Assembly (NCBI RefSeq): GCF_044324785.1
Contig: NZ_CP172127.1
Direction: 5' to 3' (one strand)
Origin: Escherichia coli
GTDB lineage: Bacteria; Pseudomonadota; Gammaproteobacteria; Enterobacterales; Enterobacteriaceae
Length of the DNA stretch: 64,000 nucleotides
The position numbers and the translations under genes were made by a program. The notes under the pieces are model-generated. The model did not search any database. It was not told the DNA's origin and worked only from the letters and a program-made list of their open reading frames with translations. Positions 42,564 through 51,978 of this stretch are shown piece by piece (within the stretch, counting starts at the first letter, position 1; each line of letters opens with the position of its first letter).

Positions 42564-43303
42564 GCAGGTTGCGCGTTTTCCGGCAGACAGGATGGTTTAT
42601 CGCGGGCCTGATGGCGGGCTTACCCGCCAGTGCCGCGCCCGCAGAAACATCGTCAATGGCCGGTGTGGCGGTAGCTGTTGCCACGGCGACCCCGCCGGAT
42701 GCGGCAGCCACGTTACAGGCCATGCAGTCCTGTCGGCGGGAGTCCGCGGCGCTGGAGCGGCTTGACTGCTATGACCGCCTGCTGGAACCGCTGTCCCCGT
42801 CAGGGTTTGACGGGGCGCTGGTCAAAGCCGGTTTTGTGGGCGAAGCCTGGACCCGCGCCACAGAGCAGGAAAAACACCGCCAGGGCAACACCACAGAGCT
42901 GCTGGTGACGCAGGTGCCGGGGGAACGCCCGACGGTGGTGATAACCACCCCGGCTATCGGCCATGTTCCGCCACGCCCGGTGCTGATGTTCAGTTGCGTG
43001 GACAATATCACCCGAATGCAGGTGGCGCTGATGCACCCTCTGGATGTCCATGATATCGCCGTCACCCTGAATACCGACAGCCGGGCATTGCGCAGCCACT
43101 GGTTTGTGCGCGAGAACGGCACCCTGCTGGAGTCCAGCCGGGGGCTGTCCGGGATTGATGAAATTAAGCAACTGTTCGGCGCAAAAACGCTGACGGTGGA
43201 TACCGGCGCAGACAATGCCGCCGGAAAGCTGACCTTTAACATTGACGGGCTGGCACAGGTTATTGCGCCGCTACGCGACGCCTGCCACTGGGCGGGAGAA
43301 TAA
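42560..43303 (+). CDS. T6SS-associated periplasmic protein (VasI-like)
   Basis: 247-aa ORF with signal peptide (MSRLRVFRQTGWFIAGLMAGLPASAAPA). It lies between clpV and tssA, the position VasI occupies in the Vibrio cholerae cluster; start overlaps the clpV stop. Confidence 0.65.
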   Translation: MSRLRVFRQTGWFIAGLMAGLPASAAPAETSSMAGVAVAVATATPPDAAATLQAMQSCRRESAALERLDCYDRLLEPLSPSGFDGALVKAGFVGEAWTRATEQEKHRQGNTTELLVTQVPGERPTVVITTPAIGHVPPRPVLMFSCVDNITRMQVALMHPLDVHDIAVTLNTDSRALRSHWFVRENGTLLESSRGLSGIDEIKQLFGAKTLTVDTGADNAAGKLTFNIDGLAQVIAPLRDACHWAGE

Positions 43304-43307
43304 AAAT

Positions 43308-44723
43308 ATGGCAATGGACTTACGTAATCCTGATGTATGGCTTGCACACTTGCTGGAAAACCTGCCGGAAGAGAAGCTGACATCGGCGCTGAAAGATGAT
43401 AACCCGGACTGGGAGTATATCGACGGTGAAATAGTCAAGCTGGGGTCTCTGGCCCACGCTCAGCTTGATATTCCCGAACTACAACGCAGGGGGCTACAGC
43501 TTCTGGCTTCTGAAAGCAAAGACTTCCGGCTACTGGCACATCTACTCAGAACCCTGCAACACGCCGGTGATCCTCATCTCGCATTGCGCCTGCTGGCGCT
43601 GTATGTGGAGCATTACTGGGTGGTGGCCGCGCCGCAGAATATGGCGCATAAAAAACGCTTTGCCAGCCAGGTCATTAAACGCTTTGAAACAGGTATTGAA
43701 GGCTTTTCACAGAACGCCGCCACAGCGCAGCGCGATGCGCTATTAGGTGAACTGGCGAAACTGGCGCAGTGCTGGCAGTCACATAACGCCCCGGAACTGG
43801 CACAGGCTACCGATGATCTTTTTGCCCTGTACCAGCGAGCTTTTAATCGTGCGGCTCCTGCTCTCGCCCCCACTTCTGCGGCCTCCAGTAGACCACAACA
43901 GACCACCGTCACGTCTGAAAGCGACGTGATGCAAACCAGTATTCCGACTCCACAGGTCACCATTGACAGCCACAACGATAAAGCCTGGCGCGACACGCTG
44001 TTAAAAGTGGCAGCCATCTTATGCGAGCGCCAGCCGGAATCGCCGCAGGGCTATCGCCTGCGCCGCCATGCCCTGTGGCAATCCATCACCAGTACGCCTC
44101 AGGCGGAAAGCGACGGACGTACCCCACTGGCCGCAGTCTCCGCCGATATGGTTGCGGATTACCAGTCCCGGCTTGCCAGCGCGGATATGGCGCTGTGGCA
44201 GCAGGTGGAGAAAAGCGTACTACTGGCTCCCTACTGGCTGGATGGCCACTGTCTTTCTGCACAGACCGCGCACCGTCTTGGCTATACCGCCGTGGCCGAT
44301 GCCATCCGCGATGAAGTCGTTTCCTTTCTTGGCCGTCTGCCCGCTCTTGCCGATCTTCTCTTTAACGACCGCACACCGTTTGTTTCAGAAAAAACTAAGC
44401 AGTGGCTTGCGTCTCAGGCTGGCAACCCGGCAGCTCCGGTCATACAGGCGAGTAATGAAAATATTCAAGCTGCGCGAGCGTGTTTTGATGAACATGGGCT
44501 GGAGGCCGCCTTACGGTATCTAAACACTTTGCCCGATGGTGACCCTCGCAACCAGTTTCATCGCCAGTATTTTAGTGCGCAGCTTATGGAAGAGGCGGGA
44601 CTGATACAGCTTGCACAGCAGCAGTACCGAATGCTGTTCAGGTTGGCTGGAGAAATGATGGTTATTGACTGGGAGCCGTCTTTACTTACGCAGCTCGAAC
44701 AAAAATTCACGGCAGAATACTAA
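43308..44723 (+). CDS. tssA: T6SS protein TssA (ImpA family; VasJ-like)
   Basis: Start taken at MAMDLRNPDVWLAHLLENLPEEK (43308; the ORF-track start at 43242 overlaps the upstream gene). ImpA N-terminal-like region, about 471 aa. Confidence 0.82.
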   Translation: MAMDLRNPDVWLAHLLENLPEEKLTSALKDDNPDWEYIDGEIVKLGSLAHAQLDIPELQRRGLQLLASESKDFRLLAHLLRTLQHAGDPHLALRLLALYVEHYWVVAAPQNMAHKKRFASQVIKRFETGIEGFSQNAATAQRDALLGELAKLAQCWQSHNAPELAQATDDLFALYQRAFNRAAPALAPTSAASSRPQQTTVTSESDVMQTSIPTPQVTIDSHNDKAWRDTLLKVAAILCERQPESPQGYRLRRHALWQSITSTPQAESDGRTPLAAVSADMVADYQSRLASADMALWQQVEKSVLLAPYWLDGHCLSAQTAHRLGYTAVADAIRDEVVSFLGRLPALADLLFNDRTPFVSEKTKQWLASQAGNPAAPVIQASNENIQAARACFDEHGLEAALRYLNTLPDGDPRNQFHRQYFSAQLMEEAGLIQLAQQQYRMLFRLAGEMMVIDWEPSLLTQLEQKFTAEY

Positions 44724-44741
44724 GCGATAACAGGAGTTTGT

Positions 44742-47700
44742 GTGTTCAAATTACCAACCCCGCGACTCTTCAGCGGACTCAAATCAGCCCTTCGGCCAGC
44801 CATGCCCAGGTTTAAAGTCTCCGCGTTCTGGCTGCTGATTCTGGCGTGGATTTTTCTGCTGGTATGGATCTGGTGGAAAGGCCCGGCCTGGACACTGTAT
44901 GAAGAGCAGTGGCTCAAGCCACTGGCGAACCGCTGGCTGGCCACGGCAGCGTGGGGTATTGTTGCCCTGATATGGCTTATTGTCAGGGTGATGAAGCGCC
45001 TGCAACAGCTTGAAAAACAGCAAAAACAACAGCGCGAGGAAGCCATTGATCCGCTCAGTGTGGAACTGAACGCCCAGCAGCGTTACCTCGACCGCTGGCT
45101 GCTGCGCCTGCAACGCCATCTCGACAACCGCCGTTTCCTGTGGCAATTGCCGTGGTATATGGTCATCGGCCCGGTGGGTAGTGGCAAAACGACACTGCTG
45201 CGCGAGGGTTTTCCATCAGACATTATTTATGCCCCGGAGGGCGCGCGCGGCACAGAACAACGCCTGTACCTCACGCCCCATGTTGGTAAACAGGCGGTGA
45301 TCTTTGATATCGACGGCACACTCTGCGCCCCCGCAGATGCGGATATCCTGCATCGCCGTCTGTGGGAAAATGCCCTCGGCTGGCTGAAGGAAAAGCGCGC
45401 GCGCCAGCCGCTGAACGGGATTATTCTGACACTCGATTTACCCGATCTGCTGACCGCAGACAAACGCCGCCGCGAGCATCTGTTACAGACGCTGCGCAGC
45501 CGCTTGCAGGATATACGCCAGCATCTTCACTGCCAGTTACCGGTTTACGTGGTACTTACCCGGCTTGATTTATTGCAGGGTTTTGCCGCCCTGTTTCAGT
45601 CCCTGAACAGACAGGATCGCGATGCGATTCTGGGCGTCACGTTCACCCGCCGTGCCCATGAAAATGATGACTGGCGAACAGAGTTGAATGCGTTCTGGCA
45701 GACATGGGTGGATCGAATGAATCTGGCGTTGCCGGATCTGATGGTCACCCAGACTCACACCCGCGCGTCTTTATTCAGTTTTTCCCGCCAGATGCAGGGA
45801 AGCCGTGAACCGCTGGTGTCACTGCTTGAGGGTCTGCTTGACGGTGAAAATATGAACGTAATGCTGCGTGGTGTCTATCTCACCTCTTCGCTTCAGCGCG
45901 GGCAGATGGATGATATATTCACCCAGTCTGCCGCCCGCCAGTACCGGCTGGGCAATAACCCACTGGCATCCTGGCCCCTGGTGGACACCGCGCCTTATTT
46001 CACCCGCAGCCTGTTCCCGCAGGCATTACTCGCAGAGCCTAATCTGGCAACAGAGAGCCGCGCCTGGCTGATGCGTTCCCGTCGCCGCCTGACGGTTTTC
46101 TCTGCCACCGGCGGCGTGGCGGCACTGCTGCTCATCACCGGCTGGAATCACTATTACAACGGTAACTATCAGTCCGGCATCACCGTGCTTAAGCAGGCCA
46201 AAGCCTTTATGGACGTGCTGCCTCCGCAGGGGGAAGATGACTACGGCAACCTGCAACTGCCGCTGCTGAACCCGGTACGCGATGCCACACTGGCCTATGG
46301 CGACTGGGGCGACCGCAGCCGTCTGGCCGATATGGGACTGTACCAGGGGCGACGTATCGGGCCATATGTGGAACAGACCTATCTGCAACTGCTGGAGCAG
46401 CGTTACCTGCCCTCGCTGTTTAACGGGCTGGTCAAAGCGATGAATGCCGCGCCGCCGGAGAGTGAAGAAAAACTCGCGGTGCTGCGCGTGATGCGAATGC
46501 TGGAGGACAAAAGCGGACGTAACAATGAGGTGGTGAAGCAGTATATGGCAAAACGCTGGAGCGAAAAATTCCACGGCCAGCGCGATATCCAGGCACAACT
46601 GATGTCCCATCTTGACTACGCGCTGGCTCATACTGACTGGCATGCAGAGCGTCAGGCGGGCGACGGTGACGCCATCAGCCGCTGGACGCCATATGACAAG
46701 CCCGTGGTATCAGCACAGAAAGAACTGAGCAAACTGCCTGTCTACCAGCGGGTTTACCAGAGCCTGAAAACGCGGGCGCTGGGCGTTCTTCCTGCTGATC
46801 TCAATTTGCGTGACCAGGTAGGACCAACCTTTGACCAGGTGTTTACATCTGCCGATGACAACAAACTGGTTGTTCCACAGTTTCTTACCCGTTACGGCCT
46901 GCAAAGCTATTTTGTAAAACAGCGCGATGAACTGGTTGAACTGACGGCGATGGATTCCTGGGTACTCAACCTCACCCGCAGCGTGAAATACAGTGACGCC
47001 GACCGCGCGGAAATCCAGCGCCAGTTGACCGAGCAGTATATCAGCGACTACACCGCCACCTGGCGGGCCGGGATGGACAATCTGAATATCCGCAATTTTG
47101 AGTCCATCGGACAACTGACCGGGGCGCTGGAGCAGGTTATCAGCGGCGACCAGCCTTTGCAGCGGGCGCTGACCGTGCTGCGTGACAACACACAGCCAGG
47201 CGTCTTTTCTGAAAAACTCTCTGCCAAAGAGCGGGATGAGGCCCTGGCAGAGCCGGATTACCAGTTACTCACCCGCCTCGGGCATGAATTCGCCCCGGAA
47301 AACAGTACCCTGACAGTACAGAAAGACAAAGAAAGCACGATGCAGGCCGTATACCAGCAGCTCACCGAGTTACACCGCTACCTGCTGGCAATCCAGAACG
47401 CGCCTGTACCAGGGAAATCGGCGCTGAAAGCAGTGCAATTACGGCTGGATCAGAACAGCAGCGATCCAATATTCGCTACCCGACAGATGGCAAAAACGCT
47501 GCCTGCTCCGCTCAACCGCTGGGTTGGCAGGCTGGCTGACCAGGCCTGGCATGTGGTGATGGTGGAAGCCGTTCACTATATGGAAGTGGACTGGCGCGAC
47601 AGCGTGGTGAAACCGTTTAACGAGCAACTGGCAAATAACTATCCGTTTAATCCACGTTCTGCACAGGATGCCTCACTGGATGCCTTCGAACGCTTCTTTA

Positions 47701-48266
47701 AACCGGATGGCATTCTGGATACCTTCTACCAGCAGAACCTGAAACTGTTTATCGACAATGATCTGAGCCTGGAAGACGGCGATAACAGCGTCATTATCCG
47801 CGAAGATATTATTGCGCAACTGGAAACCGCGCAGAAAATCCGTGACATTTTCTTCAGCAAACAGAACGGTCTGGGAACATCCTTTGCCGTGGAAACGGTA
47901 TCGCTTTCCGGCAACAAACGCCGCAGCGTACTGAACCTTGACGGTCAGTTAGTCGATTACAGCCAGGGCCGTAACTATACCGCCCATCTGGTCTGGCCTA
48001 ACAACATGCGCGAAGGCAACGAAAGTAAGCTGACGCTCATCGGCACCAGCGGCAACGCACCGCGCAGTATCAGCTTCAGCGGGCCGTGGGCGCAGTTCCG
48101 CCTGTTCGGGGCCGGACAACTTACCGGAGTACAGGATGGCAACTTTACCGTGCGCTTTAGCGTGGACGGTGGCGCGATGACCTACCGTGTGCATACCGAC
48201 ACCGAGGATAACCCGTTCAGCGGTGGGTTGTTCAGCCAGTTTGGTCTGTCAGACACACTGTACTGA
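44742..48266 (+). CDS. tssM: T6SS membrane complex protein TssM (IcmF)
   Basis: 1174-aa ORF with GTG start after a caggag RBS; N-terminal TM helices and Walker A GPVGSGKTT. Confidence 0.92.
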   Translation: MFKLPTPRLFSGLKSALRPAMPRFKVSAFWLLILAWIFLLVWIWWKGPAWTLYEEQWLKPLANRWLATAAWGIVALIWLIVRVMKRLQQLEKQQKQQREEAIDPLSVELNAQQRYLDRWLLRLQRHLDNRRFLWQLPWYMVIGPVGSGKTTLLREGFPSDIIYAPEGARGTEQRLYLTPHVGKQAVIFDIDGTLCAPADADILHRRLWENALGWLKEKRARQPLNGIILTLDLPDLLTADKRRREHLLQTLRSRLQDIRQHLHCQLPVYVVLTRLDLLQGFAALFQSLNRQDRDAILGVTFTRRAHENDDWRTELNAFWQTWVDRMNLALPDLMVTQTHTRASLFSFSRQMQGSREPLVSLLEGLLDGENMNVMLRGVYLTSSLQRGQMDDIFTQSAARQYRLGNNPLASWPLVDTAPYFTRSLFPQALLAEPNLATESRAWLMRSRRRLTVFSATGGVAALLLITGWNHYYNGNYQSGITVLKQAKAFMDVLPPQGEDDYGNLQLPLLNPVRDATLAYGDWGDRSRLADMGLYQGRRIGPYVEQTYLQLLEQRYLPSLFNGLVKAMNAAPPESEEKLAVLRVMRMLEDKSGRNNEVVKQYMAKRWSEKFHGQRDIQAQLMSHLDYALAHTDWHAERQAGDGDAISRWTPYDKPVVSAQKELSKLPVYQRVYQSLKTRALGVLPADLNLRDQVGPTFDQVFTSADDNKLVVPQFLTRYGLQSYFVKQRDELVELTAMDSWVLNLTRSVKYSDADRAEIQRQLTEQYISDYTATWRAGMDNLNIRNFESIGQLTGALEQVISGDQPLQRALTVLRDNTQPGVFSEKLSAKERDEALAEPDYQLLTRLGHEFAPENSTLTVQKDKESTMQAVYQQLTELHRYLLAIQNAPVPGKSALKAVQLRLDQNSSDPIFATRQMAKTLPAPLNRWVGRLADQAWHVVMVEAVHYMEVDWRDSVVKPFNEQLANNYPFNPRSAQDASLDAFERFFKPDGILDTFYQQNLKLFIDNDLSLEDGDNSVIIREDIIAQLETAQKIRDIFFSKQNGLGTSFAVETVSLSGNKRRSVLNLDGQLVDYSQGRNYTAHLVWPNNMREGNESKLTLIGTSGNAPRSISFSGPWAQFRLFGAGQLTGVQDGNFTVRFSVDGGAMTYRVHTDTEDNPFSGGLFSQFGLSDTLY

Positions 48267-48276
48267 GGCGGCAGGG

Positions 48277-49626
48277 ATGAATAGTAACGTACTGACACAA
48301 ACTATCGTTACCGGCAGTGACCCGCGCGGGCTGCCGGAATTCAGCGCCATTCGCGAGGAAATAAACAAAGCCAGCCACCCGTCACAGCCTGAGCTGAACT
48401 GGAAACTGGTGGAGTCGCTGGCGCTGGCGATTTTTAAAGCTAACGGTGTGGATTTACACACCGCCACCTACTATACGCTTGCACGGACACGGACACAGGG
48501 ACTGGCGGGATTCTGCGAAGGTGCGGAACTGCTGGCGGCAATGGTAAGCCACGACTGGGATAAGTTCTGGCCACAGGGCGGTCCGGCGCGTACTGAAATG
48601 CTGGACTGGTTTAACTCCCGAACCGGCAATATTCTGCGTCAGCAAATCTCCTTTGCGGAATCCGACCTACCACTGATCTACCGCACAGAGCGGGCATTGC
48701 AGCTTATCTGCGACAAGCTCCAGCAGGTAGAGCTGAAGCGCGTTCCTCGTGTGGAGAATCTGCTCTATTTTATGCAGAACACGCGTAAACGGCTTGAACC
48801 CCAGCCGAAGAGTAACGCAGAGAACGCCGCACAGACCACAGTCAGAACGCTGATTTATGCCCCGGAAACACCGGCATCTTCCACACCAGAAACGGTAGTG
48901 CCTCCCCTGCCCGACCTGCCTGAGATGAAAGTGGAAGTGCGCAGTCTGACAGAGAATCCCCCACAGGCCAGTGTGATAAAGCAAGGCAGTACGGTAAGAG
49001 GGTTTATCGCAGGGATCGTCTGTTCAGTGGCTGTCGCCTCAGCATTGTGGTGGTGGCTGGTCTATCCGGTGCAGCAGCAACTGTTACAGGTTAACGACAC
49101 CGCTCAGGGCGCGGCAACGGTGTGGATGGCCTCACCTGAACTCGAAAACTATGAGCGCAGGCTGCAACAACTTCTTGATACCTCCCCGGTACAGCCGCTG
49201 GAAACCGGGATGCAGATGATGCGTGTTGCCGACAGTCGCTGGCCGGAAAGCCTGCAACAGCAGCAGGCCTCGACACAATGGAATGAGGCACTCAAAACCC
49301 GCGCACAGAGTAGCCCACAGTTGCGCGGCTGGTTGCAGACCCGCCAGGACTTACATGCTTTTGCTGATCTCGTGATGCAGCGCGAGAAAGAGGGATTAAC
49401 CCTTTCCTATATCAAAAATGTCATCTGGCAGGCGGAGCGGGGACTGGGGCAGGAAACACCTCTGGAATCCCTGCTGACGCAGTACCAGGATGCCCGTGCG
49501 CAGAAGCAGAATACAGATGCGCTGGAAAAACAGATTAACGAGCGGATGGACGGCGTGTTAAGTCGCTGGCTGCTGCTGAAGAATAATACGATACCGACGA
49601 TAAAAAAAGACATTGAATTTCAATAA
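48277..49626 (+). CDS. T6SS accessory protein with ImpA-N-like domain and central TM helix (VasL-like)
   Basis: Start at MNSNVLTQTIV (48277, 10 nt after the tssM stop). N-terminal region GSDPRGLPEFSAIREEINKASHP...WNSVE... resembles ImpA_N; hydrophobic helix GFIAGIVCSVAVASALWWWLVY; same position as V. cholerae vasL. Confidence 0.65.
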   Translation: MNSNVLTQTIVTGSDPRGLPEFSAIREEINKASHPSQPELNWKLVESLALAIFKANGVDLHTATYYTLARTRTQGLAGFCEGAELLAAMVSHDWDKFWPQGGPARTEMLDWFNSRTGNILRQQISFAESDLPLIYRTERALQLICDKLQQVELKRVPRVENLLYFMQNTRKRLEPQPKSNAENAAQTTVRTLIYAPETPASSTPETVVPPLPDLPEMKVEVRSLTENPPQASVIKQGSTVRGFIAGIVCSVAVASALWWWLVYPVQQQLLQVNDTAQGAATVWMASPELENYERRLQQLLDTSPVQPLETGMQMMRVADSRWPESLQQQQASTQWNEALKTRAQSSPQLRGWLQTRQDLHAFADLVMQREKEGLTLSYIKNVIWQAERGLGQETPLESLLTQYQDARAQKQNTDALEKQINERMDGVLSRWLLLKNNTIPTIKKDIEFQ

Positions 49627-49652
49627 CATTCATGAATACAAAGGAGCTTTAA

Positions 49653-50132
49653 ATGGCGAATTTAATTTATTTAACACTAAATGGTGATAATCAAGGGCTC
49701 ATTTCAAGTGGTTGTTCATCACAACCATCCATTGGAAATAAAGCTCAAACAGCACACATTGATCAAATTATGATTTATGAATTCATGCATGGATTAAATC
49801 GAGATCAAAACGTCAACCATCATCATTTGACAATAAAAAAACCTATAGATAAAGCATCACCCTTATTAGGTAAAGCAATTTGCGACAATGAATTATTGAC
49901 ATGTGATTTTTCCTTTTATCGTACAAATAAATTTGGAATTAATGAACTGTACTATAAAATCAAATTAACTGGAGCAAAGATAAGCGACATTCATGTCTCT
50001 ATATCACATATTGTTGTTGATAACAGCGTTCAACCCGAAGAGTCAGTTTCTTTCAGTTATGAGTCAATTATATGGGAGCATTGTTCCGCTGGCACTAGTG
50101 CATACAGTTTATGGGAAGATCGTCTTCTTTAA
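49653..50132 (+). CDS. Divergent second Hcp (Hcp-family tube protein paralog) in an AT-rich module
   Basis: 159-aa ORF with aaggag RBS; MANLIYLTLNGDNQGLISSGCSSQPSIGN... and ...WEHCSAGTSAYSLWED align with the main Hcp (MPTPCYISITGQTQGNITAGAFTADSVGN..., ...WEHVKSGTSGADDW); the DNA is visibly much more AT-rich. Confidence 0.75.
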   Translation: MANLIYLTLNGDNQGLISSGCSSQPSIGNKAQTAHIDQIMIYEFMHGLNRDQNVNHHHLTIKKPIDKASPLLGKAICDNELLTCDFSFYRTNKFGINELYYKIKLTGAKISDIHVSISHIVVDNSVQPEESVSFSYESIIWEHCSAGTSAYSLWEDRLL

Positions 50133-50152
50133 AAATATCTGGGATTATTATA

Positions 50153-51049
50153 ATGGCTAACAATATTTTACACTCTTCAACATCAGACAGTGAAAGCAAA
50201 AATACAAGCACTGACAGTACGTTATTTAATGAAAAATTCCCATTTCGATTAAGGCAAGATTTCGCATCAAGAATAACAGAAGATGAAAGTGATTTTTTTA
50301 AATGGAAAAAAATAAGAGAGTTGGCAATTGTGAGCAATCATAAAGAATGGAATAAATATGACTTATTAATTTCAAAATCTGTTAATGAAATCAACATTCA
50401 TTTGTCCAGCACTCCATACTTTCAGCCGTTGGATTGGTATATAATAAAAGCCATGCTCTGGACTGAAAACGATGCGGCAAATACTTCTCAGTGGAATGGT
50501 TATCCATTACAAATTGGTCGTTTTCGGAAAGATAAAGCGATGCCTGCTTTAATCTCTGGTGAAAAATCCACAGCCCTTGTTACCCCACCACAATGGAGAA
50601 ACAAAGCATTCAATGGGTTAAAAGATCCAGAAAGAAATTACTGGGCAAAAGAACAAATAACTGGCTCTCCAGAAGAGAATGTCAAAGCAGCAATTACTTA
50701 CTTAATGATGAAACTTTCTAATACAAAGGAAGAATCAACTATCGATCAATATGACTCAACTCTATATAGCGCCATTGTCCAAAAAGGCGATTTGGCTGAC
50801 AACATCAGAAAAGAGAGAAAAACGACCATACCTAACTTAACGAAAAACAACCCTGGAAAAAATCTCGATAAAATACACCCGGGAGATATTTTATATTATC
50901 AAAAAGCATCCATGAAAGTAATAATTACTGGATGGAAACCTATCACAATAAAAAATGTAGCGATGAATTATAATGGTGGTGGAGATCCCAAGTATGCAAT
51001 AAAACTTCAGTTCGTTTATACATTGCTCACAAAAAACAGAGTGTTATGA
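50153..51049 (+). CDS. Candidate T6SS effector, cysteine-free, possibly cell-wall-targeting
   Basis: About 298 aa (ORF track 50111..51049); AT-rich; directly downstream of hcp2 and upstream of a secreted small protein. Weak SLT/lysozyme-like motif spacing (LWTENDAANTSQWNGYPLQI ... AMNYNGGGDP), not verified. Confidence 0.5.
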   Translation: MANNILHSSTSDSESKNTSTDSTLFNEKFPFRLRQDFASRITEDESDFFKWKKIRELAIVSNHKEWNKYDLLISKSVNEINIHLSSTPYFQPLDWYIIKAMLWTENDAANTSQWNGYPLQIGRFRKDKAMPALISGEKSTALVTPPQWRNKAFNGLKDPERNYWAKEQITGSPEENVKAAITYLMMKLSNTKEESTIDQYDSTLYSAIVQKGDLADNIRKERKTTIPNLTKNNPGKNLDKIHPGDILYYQKASMKVIITGWKPITIKNVAMNYNGGGDPKYAIKLQFVYTLLTKNRVL

Positions 51050-51501
51050 GAATGGGAAAAATAACAATTATTCTACTGCTTACATTCTCATGTACAAAAG
51101 GTCTGGCATTTGACATTTCCATGTCTAAAGAATGTAGTGGCGTTGATGAACTTGAATTTGTTGATTGTGTTAAAAACTCATTTATTATGAGCACTATTAC
51201 ACTTAAAAAAGCAGAAGCAAATATAAAAGAGAAAATTAAAAAATGGAATAACGATGAGGACGAAGCAATAAGAAAAGAAGCAGTTATTTCTTTAAAAAGA
51301 CTAGAATCTTCTAATCGGGAATTTATACGTTACAGATTTGCTCAATGCTCTTTTGCTCTAACCTGGGGGGCCAGAGTAGGACGCCTGGCATTCTCTCGAC
51401 TATATCCATGCTATACTGAGTTAAACAAAATAAGAGCCATGCAACTAAACAATGCTTACATTTCAGATTTTCAAAATCCAGATGAGATATCCAGCAAATG
51501 A
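51046..51501 (+). CDS. Candidate periplasmic immunity protein (small, Cys-containing, signal peptide)
   Basis: 151-aa ORF overlapping the effector stop (ATGA); signal peptide MRMGKITIILLLTFSCTKGLA; six Cys; resemblance to LprI/DUF1311-like proteins is recalled but unverified. Confidence 0.5.
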   Translation: MRMGKITIILLLTFSCTKGLAFDISMSKECSGVDELEFVDCVKNSFIMSTITLKKAEANIKEKIKKWNNDEDEAIRKEAVISLKRLESSNREFIRYRFAQCSFALTWGARVGRLAFSRLYPCYTELNKIRAMQLNNAYISDFQNPDEISSK

Positions 51502-51854
51502 TTATTATAAAATTAAGATTAACATTACTATTTATACTGGCCACAATTACATATTCAGTACAATCAGACGAATTCGATGATCAAACCACTTACACGCAAT
51601 ACCGTTATTTTTCCACAGCCATACCAGAAGATATACGTAGATTTATGTTCTACGTAGATTTGTGCTTTGTAGATTTAGCATTCGATATCGAAACTGACTC
51701 AATGACAGCTAAAAATGATATTATTAATGAATGTACCCCATTAAAAGAAAGAAACAAAACATTAAAAGAAAAATATAAAAAAGATGAAGAGATAATAGCA
51801 ATTCTTTCCATTGCAGATGATACCATTTTAATTTATGAAGAATTAAAAAAATAA
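51498..51854 (+). CDS. Second small secreted protein (possible additional or orphan immunity protein)
   Basis: 118-aa ORF overlapping the previous stop; signal peptide MIIIKLRLTLLFILATITYSVQS; AT-rich. Confidence 0.4.
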   Translation: MIIIKLRLTLLFILATITYSVQSDEFDDQTTYTQYRYFSTAIPEDIRRFMFYVDLCFVDLAFDIETDSMTAKNDIINECTPLKERNKTLKEKYKKDEEIIAILSIADDTILIYEELKK

Positions 51855-51978
51855 CTCACATGCAATTCACTGGCAATATATATTATAATTTTATAAAAAA
51901 TCATATTTACATTATAGAAATACTCAGCTCCTGTTTGCTGCCCGCCCTAAACTACAGGCGGCAGCATAACAATAACGA

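Noticed and set aside
42769-43383. 204-aa minus-strand ORF
   Set aside because: Antisense to the vasI-like gene and the tssA start; Ser/Pro/Ala-rich translation without start context.
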